In this document: positions 50,566 through 63,867 of the stretch, one piece after another
How the letters are laid out: every line of letters begins with the position of its first letter
Numbering within the stretch: the first letter of the stretch is position 1
Assembly: GCA_964658305.1 (NCBI GenBank)
Contig: OZ210884.1
Location: forward strand, 5,146,001 to 5,210,000
Reading direction: 5' to 3'
Length of the DNA: 64,000 nt
Source: Leptogorgia sarmentosa
Taxonomy: Eukaryota
The notes under the pieces: model-generated
Databases searched by the model: none
Told to the model about the DNA's origin: nothing
Seen by the model: only the letters and a program-made list of their open reading frames with translations
Position numbers and translations under genes: made by a program

Positions 50566-53500
50566 ATGGCGGAAAAGCGGGAGCGACTATGCATCAAGCC
50601 AAAGTTAAAGCGTTTTAAAGCATGCAAAATTCGTGTTCATACTAAGTCAACTAGTGGGGAAAAAATAATAAGAAATGTTCGCTTAAGAGCAGAGAACTTT
50701 TGTCGCCGTAAAGAAGACATGTTTAGGAAAACCTCGTCGGCTGATAACGACAAGATTCAGAGTCAGACTGAGGATTTCGATATGTCTGATGATGAAGCTG
50801 TTGGGAAAGATGCCCAGCAAGACGGGCTCACAAAATACCTTTCCAGACGAGTTAAGGAGTATAATAGTTGGGAAGAAGTGCGCCAATCACTGTTACATGC
50901 TCGAATTGAAGAGGAAGCTTTTTCATCCGACACAATGTGCGTTGAATGTTGCAACAGTTTGGCCGTTTGCCGATGTATGGAGTGTGGTCCAAGACAATAT
51001 TTCTGTATGGACTGTGCTTCTGCACTCCATGAAAAACGAAATTATTTCCATGTTCTTCAAGCATTTAAGGTTTGTATTGATCCAGTACCGGTACGTCTAC
51101 ATAGTACATACAGACACAATAGTGTACAACACACATAAAACATAAAACATAAAACATGAAACATTGCAGTGATAATAGTATATGGCATATACGTTTTCAA
51201 GGTTCAACTTTATTAGGATTTCTCAGATGTACTTTGCGCAATACGTGGGTTGCATACAATTAAAGAACAACCTACATACAGTTTTGAAATTCCTAGGCCT
51301 GTGTTTTTAAATAAAATGTTCAGCAATATCTGTGCACATGCTTTGAATAGTAAACCAAGATGATGGAATTTGCAAACCATCACCAAATAGCAAAACAAGG
51401 AATTAATCATCTATATACTGTGTATATACATGTATTTAATTAATGTGTTGGGTTTTTCATAATTATGCAGGATGGATCATTTATCCCTTTAATGGTAAAC
51501 CATGCTGTTGTAGCCTTGGACCATCAAAGGAAATGTTGCTTTGCAGAAGGAAGGAATATCATATGTATTGATCAGTGGGGTAAGTTTTATTGATATTGTT
51601 CTATTGTATCAAAAAGACTAATACCTTTAGTACATTACTTCTATAAAAAAGCAAATGTACTTCTGTATTTTCAATAGTATGTTAAATTATAACAATTAAT
51701 GTAAACATGGCAGCAGAACTAGCAAGATGTGCAAAGATTGTATAAAATTCTCAATGGTAATAGAATTTCTAAAACCAAAACATAATAAGGTATGCATTTA
51801 GTAGATTATCAAAGGCAAAAGATAGACAATGAAATCTTATTGAAGAACAATGTCTTAAAGCCACCATAGAAACTTGATAATGATGCTATAGTGGCTTAGA
51901 TAAGTTGTTCTTTAATTGAAATTTTATTGCTACCGTACTAGTAGACTTTAAGCATTAGTACTGTAAATTTAATAATTGACCAAAATAGCAATAAGCTTGC
52001 TATTGAAAATATTTGGTTTTGCTGTAATTCACAATGCCTATTAAATCTCTTTTCAGTTATAACAGTAGGCAATTGTCATGGTGCATAAATCTTAGTTACA
52101 CTAAGTCTTGTCATCTGTAGGACGTCAACATGAGAAGACTGTTTTATTTTGTACTTGTGAAAAAGATGCTGTAACCCTTGTGAAATTGCATTTATGGCCT
52201 GGTTCAATAAGCAGACCTCTAGTAGCATTTCACTTCAGTTTGGTGACTCTCGCTGAACTATTCCTCTTGGAATGTCATGTTTCACTCAGGAAGTTCTGTG
52301 ATGTTTTGGGTTTGAGAAAGTCTACCATGCTGCCACATTGGGTAAGTATAATTCAGTGCTGGAAATGTGATGGCACCCTATGAGTAATTTAGTAATTGTT
52401 CATATCAATCACCTTTGGTCAGACAAGCACCATTGTGCTGCAATGTTGCTTAGTGGCCATACTCAATTTTTATTGCCTAATATGAGACGATTTTAGTTGT
52501 CAAATAGGGAAGCATTTAGTTGAAGTACACCCTACTAAAAATTTTAGTCACCTTATGCCAAAATTTTACTTGTCAGGGGAAATCCTACAGCTTAAGTTTG
52601 GTTGCAGTCTGTATCTATTGTGTTAGATTACTAACCTAATATGCAGTCTTGGATTTTTTGTTTCAGATTAAGAATATATACAAAATACTTAACAATGACT
52701 CTTTTGATGAATTCCGGTAATATCCTTTTTACAATTTCAAATGTTACATCTGCAGTATCTAAGAAATAGAACTTACTTGTACTAAGAAACACAACAACTA
52801 ACTGTTATAATTTCTAACCGGTAATAGTGAATATTTTAAATACCGGTACACATTGTGCAAATATTAAGCAGTGTCTGACTAGGAAACAAGGAGTCAATTT
52901 TCCTGACACAAATGTTCTTTTTCATTTGGTAAAGTGCACCCTTGCACATGCAGTGTACAAGACATGGCTTTGTTGTTCCACAAGTACCTTTCATGTTACT
53001 CTCTCCTCCCACTGTGTACCATAGGATATTGTACACCAGGATTTAAAGATTTTGCAACACCCATTGCTGTTTGTGTCTTTCAGATATCATCAACATTTGA
53101 TGAAATCAATGAAAGAAGTGAATGATCAGCTGTCTGAAATCATTTGTCCACTTTGTCCTGGGGTAAAAATACTGTAATGCTTACTAAAGCAAAGTCCAAT
53201 ATAGCTACATTCGCACAGGCTGCCACCGAGTGCTAGAGTGTACAGGTTTCCTGAAGTAAAAATACTGTAATACTCCAAAACTACACTCATGCTTATCTCT
53301 TGCAATTTGAATGTAGAATCAGAATGAAATCAATGCTGGCAGTGATGGTGATGATGATAGACTAAGTGAAACTCAAAATGTAGTAATTGAGTCAATGGAT
53401 GGATGTTTTGGACTGACAAGGAAAAAGTCAGCTGGAATAAATCATCTACCATCAAGACATGGTACTACTATGTTTGCAGACCAGGAATGTGTTGATCAAT

Positions 53501-56500
53501 TTGTGTTGGAATATTCAAAGGATGCGAAAGAAGCCCCAGGGGTTAGTTTTCTTCCCAATGAACTGTTAAAATAGATTGTGTTTAATGTATGTTGAATTCT
53601 CTGCAGGGAACGTGAATCGAGCCATACAGGTGGTAAAATTCTTAATTATAATTAATTAACTGGAAGAAACATATTTATTTTTTAAAGAACTGTAATGAAT
53701 TCAAATCAGGAGAAGTAAATAACATGTTACGATCAAAGGGAAGAAATGCACTATTTGAAGAAAAAGGAGTATTTGGCCGAGTGTGTAGGCATGAATTCCC
53801 CAAAGGATTCATTAACATGAAACATGGTGAAAGGTAATACGCATTGTACAATTTATGCCAATATCGTTTTTTATGGGATTACAGTACATTAAACTTGTAA
53901 GTAAATAATGTCAGTAGCCTACTTACAACAAAAAATAACTTGTCAAAACTGCATATTCTATAAAATTAAGCAATTTGTGTTTAGAATTGCGTATTCAGTG
54001 TTTGAAGTTGATCGACTTCTGGCTAGTTCAGATGCTACCACTAAAGTAAAAATCATGTATGACATCGGTTGTACCTTGTCAGCTCATTTGAAGGTCAGAT
54101 ATCTTCACTCTTAAAGTTGTTCAATTTTACAAACTGTACTTGTACGACCTTAAAAGTAAAAAAAAATTAATTTTAGAGAAACAACAGGCAAGATATTTTG
54201 GACAGAATTGATTTAGCAATTCCCGTGTTCCACTGTTATGGGCATAAATCGTCATGTCAGGTCTGTACAAATGTCTCAACAGAAATGCGGTGCACAAGAT
54301 AGACTTTGATTTATGTTGTGTCCTACAATACTGTCTATCATGTTGATCTTATTACTGCACTGCCAAAGCTGGCAAGTAGAACTCGTGATTCTTAGAATTT
54401 CATTGGGCTTAATCTGATAAACTTGTTCCTGAAATGTTAATGAGAAACTGCACGTGTGTTTTGCACTCGCGGTTCTTTGCCAAACACGCGTGAAATTTTG
54501 CATTAATACTTCTCGAACCGTGATGTCTTCCTATACGGATAGCATTGGTATAGTGAATGATACTTACCTTCTTTTGCAGATTGCGTTTAGTCCACGTAGG
54601 AACAACGGTTATGGTCTAACCGACGGCGAAGGAATTGAGCGCCTGTGGTCTTACTTACGAGGATTTTCCTCCATAACAAAAGAAATGACCTATGGACGTC
54701 GTATCGATATTTTAACTGATGCGTTGTTACATTACGGACAAAGGCGTTTGCAGCAATTCGGTTTGTTTTGTTTTATTAATTGATCAAATTCCTGTGCCGA
54801 CGAGATATGTGTAATATCGTGTAATATGTCGGTTATGTTTTGAACCATTGCATATACTGTAATTTACTTTGTCACGCTTCTGACACTGAACCTAATCAAA
54901 TTAAATACGATCGTACGATCCAAATTTGGCATCTTATTCGTCACTTAACTGCGTAGGTTATGGACGTCACTCTTACGTCGTATTTAATTATTGAATTTGG
55001 TTCGCGTATGAAGAGTTCAAAGTACTTATTTAGACGTATTTATGCCACAAGACTTATGCAGCTTTGATATATCACGAGTAAATATTTCCTCTTTATAGGG
55101 CCTTCACTGATTTCAAATTTGCAGAAGGCAAAGAACCTTATGGAAAATGCAACGTCACAGATGCAGGAGATTTTTTCAAATTTAACAGGTCTGTTCTACG
55201 AGCATGGGTTTGAATTTCAGACGCCTGCCTCCCCCCCCTACTCCAAATCTAACGAAATTTCTAAAGTTTAGAGTTCATGAACAAGTTGTCACGCGGTGAC
55301 CGCATGCAACCAGTCACGAGTGTGGCTCAGGCCTAATTCAAACAAAAAATTAATTATATAAAAATTAAATACTTTACTTTTTCAGTTGAGTATGATGTTA
55401 GTTTGGTTAAATCATGGATTGGGGAAGAACAGAAGGTGTTGTTAACTCGAGAAAGTAAGTTAAAATTTAAATGCATCTATTTGTAGTTAATATATTCATT
55501 TCATCAGCACATTTTGTACTATACAAACACTGGTGCCACATTGTAGTTATCACGCAGTCAATGTTCGATTAATAATCCCTTTTTCGAAAGTAATTCACCT
55601 AAATAGTTGTTGTGTTTCAGAAACCAAAGTGTTGCCATTATCTTGGGAGGCCAAGTACGTTCAAAATCTCTTCCAGCTGGAAGAGTTGAGGTTAGAAAAT
55701 ATGGTTAACATGTGCAACAATGTATATGTGTAGAAGTTCGTTCGTTTTTCATTTGACTATCTGTTTTAAGACATAACATCGCTGCAACAGAATCGGACAA
55801 ACATGACACCATAACAGATCTTGTGAAGAAACGAAAATCGTAAGCTCGTGTATCCCTTTTAGAGCCTTACTTACCTGTACTGGGTGCCCTCATTTCAACT
55901 GTTATTTTTCATTAAATAGTACTTTGAAAACTATTGTTTCGATCGAAAAAAGTCACCGACTGAAACAACGATGGAAATTTGGTGAGGCAATGTTCAATTC
56001 TGCTGCATTAACTGTTGAAAAAGCAAGGAGAGACCAAGCAATCGAACGGATATATGCACTGGCAGTCGAAAGGATGTTTTTGCTGTCTCTTAAGCGGAAA
56101 TACGCAGGTATACACCTACGCCTATGTATGCACAGTTGCAGCTCTTGTAGGAAATGTTTGAATAGGAGATAATTGTTGTCGTTTGAAGCAACTTTTCCGT
56201 CTCTGTAGAATATAGCAAAATCCGTACACTACACGATCATCATAATTATATACATTTAGAAGACATTCAGGAATTAAGTATTACCTAAGTATTACTTTGG
56301 ATCGACACCCTTCCGCGGTCTTCTGTTTTATATTGATGATGTTAAATTTATGAATGTTGTATTATCGTTTTTTGTTAGATGGCCAAGCGATAGCAGCTAA
56401 GTTATCAAAACAGATAACACAAAGGACCAACGGAATTAAAGTCTCTGTAGAGAAATATAACGCCTCCCTGTCTTCCTGGAAAGAGAAAGTAGATGGAATG

Positions 56501-57055
56501 CCTGAACCACTGAAATTCGATGACGTTAAGGATCCTCAGTGTAGCATATTTGCCGATTTCAGAGGAAACTCGTCCAATCAAGATGGTGTACCATTTTCTG
56601 TAAAGCGAAATGTGATTGATCTTTATCACTTGATTGAAAGATGCAAGGAAGAGGTGTCCTATTTAAATATGGAAATAGTGAGGCTTGTTAAATACTATGA
56701 AAACCGAGTATCTGTATTGGAAAGGTTTCTTCATTCACATGTGGACGATACATCTGTTTATATCAAAGGAATGAAGTGTGTTGCTAGAAGGCAAATTCGC
56801 GAGGAAAAAAATAAACTGTACGGTCTTGGCTCAATATTCAAGGACAATCTTCCTATGGAATTCCAGTCTTCTTTACCAGAGTGTGAATTTAAGTTCGAAG
56901 CAACTCGGACGCTCAATGTGTTCAGCGCGGAAATCTCCACTAACTCGGAAGAACTTGAAATAGTAAACAGTGATAATGATGATATAAACGACGAAGACCA
57001 TGATGAAGAATTTGCCCTTGTACTGGATCTCTCAGATGACGAAGAATATATTTAG
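50566..57055 (+). CDS. KDZ (Kyakuja-Dileera-Zisupton) transposase with N-terminal CxC3-like cysteine cluster; 16 exons, about 956 aa, apparently intact
   Basis: Exons 50566-51069, 51471-51579, 52121-52341, 52667-52716, 53084-53162, 53317-53541, 53688-53833, 53985-54093, 54177-54260, 54580-54760, 55099-55188, 55386-55454, 55621-55690, 55771-55839, 55920-56107, 56379-57055 join into 2871 nt of open frame. Motifs: CRCMECG..FCMDC..LH..H, CTC..LWPGS..P.VAF, CPLCP, SMDGCFGLTRKK, GVFGRVCRH..MKHGE, YDIGC, IPVFHCYGH..CQ, GYGLTDGEGIERLWS, KYADGQAIA. Confidence 0.92.
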
Positions 57056-57287
57056 ATAGTTTAAAAAGAGTTGTAAAAGGGGGCAAAAACATTTCCCTTG
57101 TGTTTTCGTGTTAGTGAATGCAGCGTCGACAAATGATTTCTTTAAATACATGATTTGTAATATTGATAATTTGTGCTGCATATTGTAAAATATCAAAACT
57201 GATTGTTTTGAAACTAAATTATTCACTCGTTTTAGCGGGGCCCCCAAATGAGCGACCCCTTGGAATAAGCGCCGCGTGTATCTAAAA

Positions 57288-57392
57288 CAGTACAGTAGCG
57301 TAGCCAGCCCGACGATTTAGTCCCGCTATGCATGTATCTTGAGTTAAAATACTGTGAAGCGGGACTAAATTGTCGGGCTGGCTACGCCACTG
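57288..57392. mobile_element. hAT-like palindromic MITE
   Basis: TIR cagtagcgtagccagcccgacgatttagtcccgct / agcgggactaaattgtcgggctggctacgccactg; near-identical 8-bp flanks atctaaaa / atctgaaa. Confidence 0.82.
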
Positions 57393-58952
57393 ATCTGAAA
57401 CCCTAGAAATTTACTAGAAAACAGTCATAGAATAAATCATTTTTAACTCTTATGTGGTATGCGCTAGTTGGTCACTTTCCCTATCACTACCCAGCAGCCA
57501 GTAGGGTTAGGACTAAGGCTGTTTTTAGGATCACATTTAGATAGAGATTAGGTTTTTGGATTGCCATTTGATTGTCGTATTCATTTTTTCCTTACCAAAC
57601 CTATTGTGCTTAGTAGAAATTTCAGTTGCCCAACCATTTCTCTTCGACCTTAACTCTAGGCATAACAACTGACCGACCGACACCTAATACAAAATACGTA
57701 CATACATGCATCTTCCGACACGCACTTTTTGTTTTTATAGGGTTTTGAAAATTAACATTCCAATTTTCATTCATCTTTTAATCTTCACCATCAAACCGTA
57801 TAAAGAATTCGAATTGAAGTTCATTAATGTAGAGAATACTATACGCGCGAACAAAGGCGTATTAAATTGGAGTGGGTGGGGGGTTACGGTAGTTTTTATC
57901 CAGGTAAAGTTGTCGGCGCTGGACTAGTATTGAGAGTCTCATGTACCTTTTTTAATGTTTCCTATAATTAAATTAATGAGGTTAACTATTATTACTTGTT
58001 TGCAATCACGTGACTTTTCGCCCAAATGACGGGCAATTCAACAATGTGTGCACAATTTTTCTCAGCATCTGAGGGGTTGTAGCGAGATAAACTAAACGGT
58101 AACACATCTATCAAGACTTAAAACGTCTCAAACTCTTAAATGTTTCTAATGGATTGAATTTCGTCATAGTTGCCTGTCAACTGAAATTCCAAATCCATGT
58201 CCTTGCAAACGACCAATTTAGGTCTCATACATCCACAATGATCTTGATGTTGCATATGTTTGTAATCATTCAAAGTAAAAAATTCCGGCAGCGCACCATT
58301 AGCATTAATAAACATATCGATATGCACATTACTTAAATGTGCAGCATTGATTACCCCAACTGTACTGCATCATTTGTAAAACCACACCTAACAACTATGA
58401 TGCTCTTTGCAATACAACGACCTGTGTATGACGTCATAGTTTACTAGGTTTCAAATCAACGAGCAAACATTGCGCGCCACAATACGCTCTATACTGATTT
58501 TTTTGCTTATCTAACGCCCAACGACTTTACTTGATCAGTATCGGCAAACTGCAGCTAGTAATGGTTGGGACGCATGCATATAGATAAACTCGTTCAAGAT
58601 TGAAAATTAAGAAATATTATTATTAGAAACACTCGTGAAACTATTGAAAACATATACGGCGCATTTATGAGTTGTAAATAATATAAATAAATTCTTCATT
58701 TATACGATCTCTAAATTGAGAACATTTTGCAGCACCGTTTAACGTAGTGTCAGCACCCTTTGAGGGGTGGTAAGACCATAGGCCATAGGGTAAGACTCGG
58801 CCCAAGCTTCTGATCTCGAGTGTTGTGCTCGTTTCTCGAATTCAGAGTATTTGAGTATTCCGTCAATTCAGTTCGTTTTATTAAACTTTGAAGAAATAAT
58901 ACTTTCATTGAACGGTGAAGTAACACAGAAAGAATATGTAGCTGAAACGAAA

Positions 58953-60540
58953 ATGGCAGAATCTTTAAATTCAACTGAGGGGTCCCATAAGGTATCGGAT
59001 CTTCGTCGTATACGTACACAATGGTAAGAAGCAAAATATGTGAAATATAATATTTGTTTTCTTTTGTGGAAACTATTATGGGTGGGAATGGTTGAAAATA
59101 CACCTCCTGAAGTTAGTTCTGTATGGCGAATATCTAGAAATAGAACTACTATTGTTTACATTTTTAGGTTGTCAATGTTATTCATTCAAGATATGTCATC
59201 TCGTGTAAAATGCTCGGAGGTATTGGCGGAGTTAACAAGCAAATTTGAAGGCATTTCAAAAAGAGAATGTGGCTTTGTTGTTCGTGAATGTTTTTCAGCT
59301 ACAAGAAGGATCCACAGTAACCACATTTATTACTACACAGGAATTCGTCGTATAACAACAAATGAATATTCAAATGAAGTACCAACACATGTGAATATAA
59401 ATAAGGGTATGTAATATAATTAGGTCATTTCATAAATTTTCATTTAATACCCACACACCCCTGTGGATGATAGTTCCTACATAAAATTTTCCCCTATACT
59501 CCTGACAGGAAAAAAATCAAATTCAAAGGCTGTTAACATTGTCACACCCCCACTCATTCAGAAATTAAGCTCGGGCAAACCTTTAGGAAATTTCATCCTC
59601 ATTTGGTGGGGTTTTGCATATCAAAAGGGAATGGCCCTATGTGCTACTTGCTGATACACGATTACTATTAGTGTCCCAGATAGCCTTCAATTATTTCAAC
59701 CGGTAGACTATCAATTTGTTTGTTTATAAAATATGCTAATATTGTTAAAACCAAAATTATTATTATATTCTTTCAGCTGAGGTGCAAGATTCATTATCCT
59801 CATCAGGCTCACTGCTATGTGAAATACCACGTTGCATGCATGTCAACCGATTTGAACTCCTACCTTCTCCAAATGGAAATGGACAAAGTACTTATAACTT
59901 TCCTAATGGCAATTTTAAACATCTTACGCTGCAGTACTTCAGAGGATATCCAGTTGCTGTTAGACAGTACCAAACATGCATTGTGAATGAAGCAAAAGCA
60001 TTGCTTAGTTTACCATCACATCATTGTTTTCCAGAGCTTATTGGTGTGTGTTGTGAGCAAAAGCCATATCTATTAATTACACTATTCTATGGCAATACAA
60101 GAAAAGAAGTGTATATGTCATTACAAGGGTTGTTGGAAAGTGATGTTAATGATCTTCAGCAATGGGCAACAATTCTGTTCAATGTTGCACAAGGATTGCT
60201 TTTGATGCATTCTTGTGGATTTGTGCATGGTGATCTCAAAGCTGAGAACATAATAATGAGGAAGAAAGAAAAGAACAGCAAACTGTCACAACCTGTGTTT
60301 TTGAACCTGGACAAGGTCAGGTCATTGGATAAGACAATTGACAGAAACATGTTTAACCTGGACTATCAGATGTTTGGCCTTTTGATGGAAATCGTAATTT
60401 TAAAACTTGGTAGTTGTATTGCAGATAGCAGACAGTTGTCTGCATTTGACAGTGTAGTGCAGGTGGTTAAAAAAATTCCTGATGACAGCACAGACTTCGC
60501 AAATGTTGTTTCTCAGTTGCAAAGAATTTCAAAAGTGTAG
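58953..60540 (+). CDS. 3-exon gene, about 357 aa: RFX-type winged-helix domain fused to a degenerate (pseudo)kinase domain
   Basis: Exons 58953-59023, 59168-59406, 59777-60540 splice in frame (1074 nt). N-term QWLSMLF...ECGFVVRECFSATRRIHSNHIYYYTGIRR (RFX-like); C-term FRGYPVAVR, EAKAL..H..FPELIGV, FVHGDLKAENI, DYQMFG. Confidence 0.75.
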
Positions 60541-60993
60541 ATGGAACAATGGTTGAACATCTTTGTGACTGTGATACACAAACTTCTCTACTACTTATTT
60601 TTTAATAAATTTTCTTCATATAATGATGATAATTCAGACTGATGCTTGTCTACACCAGGCAAGCTGAAATATCAGCTAGACCATCAGATTTGAAACCACT
60701 GATAACCCAGGGCTGATTCACAACACAACTGCATAAATTTATTACAATACATTTAAAAACCTTGCACCTACACTTGAATCATTTTACTGTACCATAATCA
60801 TATTAATCACAATAACATGTTTCATGGAGGGTTTTCTAGTGGTGAGGGTTTGCTGAACCCACCAAAACTTTCTTTTACCCCAATTCCCTCATCAATCCTC
60901 TCTCAATCTCCCTCTCTTCTCCAGCATTTTTTCACATAATTTTGAAATCAGGGTTGGAAGTAATTCTAAAAAAAATAAGGCATCATTAGTGTA

Positions 60994-61307
60994 CACACGG
61001 AAAAATGCACAAGTTGTGACAAACCTGCAGCAGACTTGCTACAAGATTGTTCCTAAAAAACGGATATCAAGTTGTGTTTGCACTGCTTGTTCCAGACTTG
61101 TTGACAAGTTGTTACAAACCTGCCGCAGACTTGTCACAAACTTGTTGATTATACAGACTTGGCAATTCAACAACTTGTTAATAGGTTGAGAGTGACAAGC
61201 TTGTAGCAACTTGTCAAAATAACAACATTGTTACAACTTGTTGACAGGCTTGTTACAAGCTTGTTGCGAACACATCTTGTTGACAAGTTGTGAGATTTTT
61301 ACGTGTG
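60994..61307. mobile_element. TA-flanked MITE with acaagttg/acaacttg internal repeats
   Basis: TIR cacacggaaaaatgcacaagttgt / acaagttgtgagatttttacgtgtg, TA on both sides. Confidence 0.82.
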
Positions 61308-61570
61308 TAGTCCAGAAAACAGCACTTTATGCCCAATGAAATTATCTTCCCCACTCCTGTTTAGAAAAATGCCCTTGGGAAGTTCTTTAGCAATAACTTT
61401 CAAGGATGTACATATGGAAATTATCTCAAAATGGCAACTACAAAAACATTAAAAAAAACCTAATTTAAGCAAACTATTCATAAAGCATTTCTTTACATTG
61501 CACGTACTGTACGCAAAATCGCATGTCCAGCATCATTACTCCTAGAGTGTTTCCAGTTCAGCCTTTCCGT

Positions 61571-63867
61571 TCATGTTCCAGTTTCCAGTTCAGCCTTTCC
61601 AAAACCATGTTTTTCCAAGCAAGTGAGGATACTTCTATGAAAAATACCAGATATGCTGGTCAAACTCTTGTCTTTCAGTGGCAACTTGCGTCGTATGAAT
61701 AATGGTACCCGACCAAGTATGTTCTTTTGCGTATCATTTAAACAGATAATGCTTATTCCATTCACAGATACTTTTTTCTTTCCAAGAACCAGTTCGTACA
61801 GGTTTTCGTTCCTCTTATTTAGCCAGTAGCCCCATATCTTCTGGTCATCACAAAGCTGCTTAACTTCTGATAACTTGCCAGGGTAATAAAAGAGCCAATA
61901 TTCTCCGGCAGATAATGTGTACGTAGGAAGAATATAGCCTTCGTGGTTATAACAGCTCTCGTGGTTCGTTTTTAATGAAATCCATGCATCATCACTAAAG
62001 TACTTTGCTTTGTTTCGGGACAGCAAGTTAAACTCAATCTCACTAAGATCAAGGTCTTGCACTTCCAGCTCGCTTTCCTCTATTAACCTTCTGCCGGATA
62101 CCACCTCCTTCACTAAATTATCTTCAATGATCTTTCGTAAAACTCTCTGTAAGGTTTCATCATGATCATTGCTGGTGGACAAACTATCACCACGTGGTTC
62201 AACATGAAATTCAATGCTATCTTGGAATCTCATAATGGCATTCACTTGATCTTTACCATAACTGCTTGGTTTCTTGAAGGTAATGCCAGCAGGTAACCCA
62301 GTAACTGTGAAGCCGCCTTTCAAGTAAGGTACTCTAGAACCTAGAATTCCACAAGCATTGCCTATAAAAAACGCATTCATGAAGTTAATCGCGGAACTGG
62401 TCTGCAATACTCGAGATCTTTTTCAGTATATTCTACTCTGTATTGCGAAATGGAGTAAATAGGTCTTTGTATATATCGTGCAATAGATATTTATATATAT
62501 TATATATATATTGCACGATATATATATTGATAGTTTCTCTTTGAATGTGATGTAGTGTGTTCTGTAGTTCAATTTAGTTTAAGTTGTCGTAAGGATTATT
62601 TTTTTACAAACATTTGAATGGCACGCATGATAAATATACTGAAAGTACGTATCCTAGACCTAAGCGATACGGAGTTATTTGACGTTTTTATTTAAAAACT
62701 CCATTTTTGTGTGTATAAATCACCCCTTACGAAAATTCAGTATACTTGCCAATTGTAGATATATTGTGCAATACCACTAGTTAAGAGGGCAATCGCCCCC
62801 CTGTTGGAGTTGGGTTAATTGCCATGACCAAGGCATGACCAAAGCTTTGCTATACACCACTTCATTTCCCAAAGCGAAAAAAAGAGAAATACTATTGGGT
62901 TACGCCCTGGTAGCACTCACTATATTTTTTATTGAACATATCTTGTACATCTTCACGAGTATATGCAGATTCAATGGCTTGTGAATCATCTAGAAAATAA
63001 ATATCAGTCCTATGTTATGAATGACCAACAAAGAAAATATCACATTAAGATATTACACACACCAAAATAATCCATGAACTTCAAGGGCACTGCCTCATTC
63101 TGAATCAGGAAATGGACTCCACTTTTCGATCCAAATTGTTTGACTCCCCCAGTTTCTGGCTCTACCATGAGAACAGCTAGTTCACACCCCAGGCTTTCAA
63201 GGTAAGATAACTAATTATCAAAAAAAATTCACAATTAATAATTCATATAGAAAACATTTACGAAGTGAATCTGAGAGTGTCCATGTGATGAGGTCTGTCG
63301 ATGCAATAATGGCCTTCACATCCATGTTGTATCAGATATACACAACCTATTGGGCCCTTCAGCTTGATGCAACATGGCTGCTCATGTTTTACTATTCTTA
63401 AATGCAGTTACCTTTTGCATGATGTAAAATGCAATTGTATGGCAGCTAGAAGTAGTTTTTCCACAAGTTAGGCCATTTGAAGTGTCTTATAGGAGGCTCA
63501 AAAATTGGGAACATATTTTAATATTTAATATATTTATGTTTACATATTGCAAGAAAAATTAACCTCCAAAGAAATGAAGAAATCCCCACACCAACTTATT
63601 AGGCAAACGACAACACAATGAGCCACGTTAAACTATTTCACTATTCTACTGATGAGTAAAAATGTTAACATACCTCTTTAATAAGATTCTTTTTCCCCTT
63701 GCTGATAAGTCTTCTTCTTTCACTTGCTGTTAACATTTCTGGGTTATATTCTTCAACTGTTTTAGCTTTATCTTGCCATATTTTTCTTTCTTCTTCACTA
63801 AGAGACTGCCATTTTGTAGCAACAAAGCTCATTTTCTCTGATTTTGATGCAATTTCTTTGCACTCAT
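61571..63867 (-). CDS. Gene (5' end beyond window): HMG box + TFII-I N-terminal-like segment + GTF2I (I-) repeat + unknown C-terminal domain
   Basis: Exons 63867-63674 (KMSFVATKWQSLSEEERKIWQDKA, HMG helices 2-3), 63210-63063 (LESLGCELAVLMV..FGSKSGVHFL..FMDYF), 62989-62921 and 62361-61571 (TREDVQDMFNKKYSNACGILGSRVPYLKGGFTVTGLPAGITFKKPSSYGKDQVNAIMRFQDSIEFHV); all phases compatible. Confidence 0.82.

Noticed and set aside
59782..60540. Active Ser/Thr or Tyr kinase
   Set aside because: Lacks the beta3 Lys, DFG and APE motifs.
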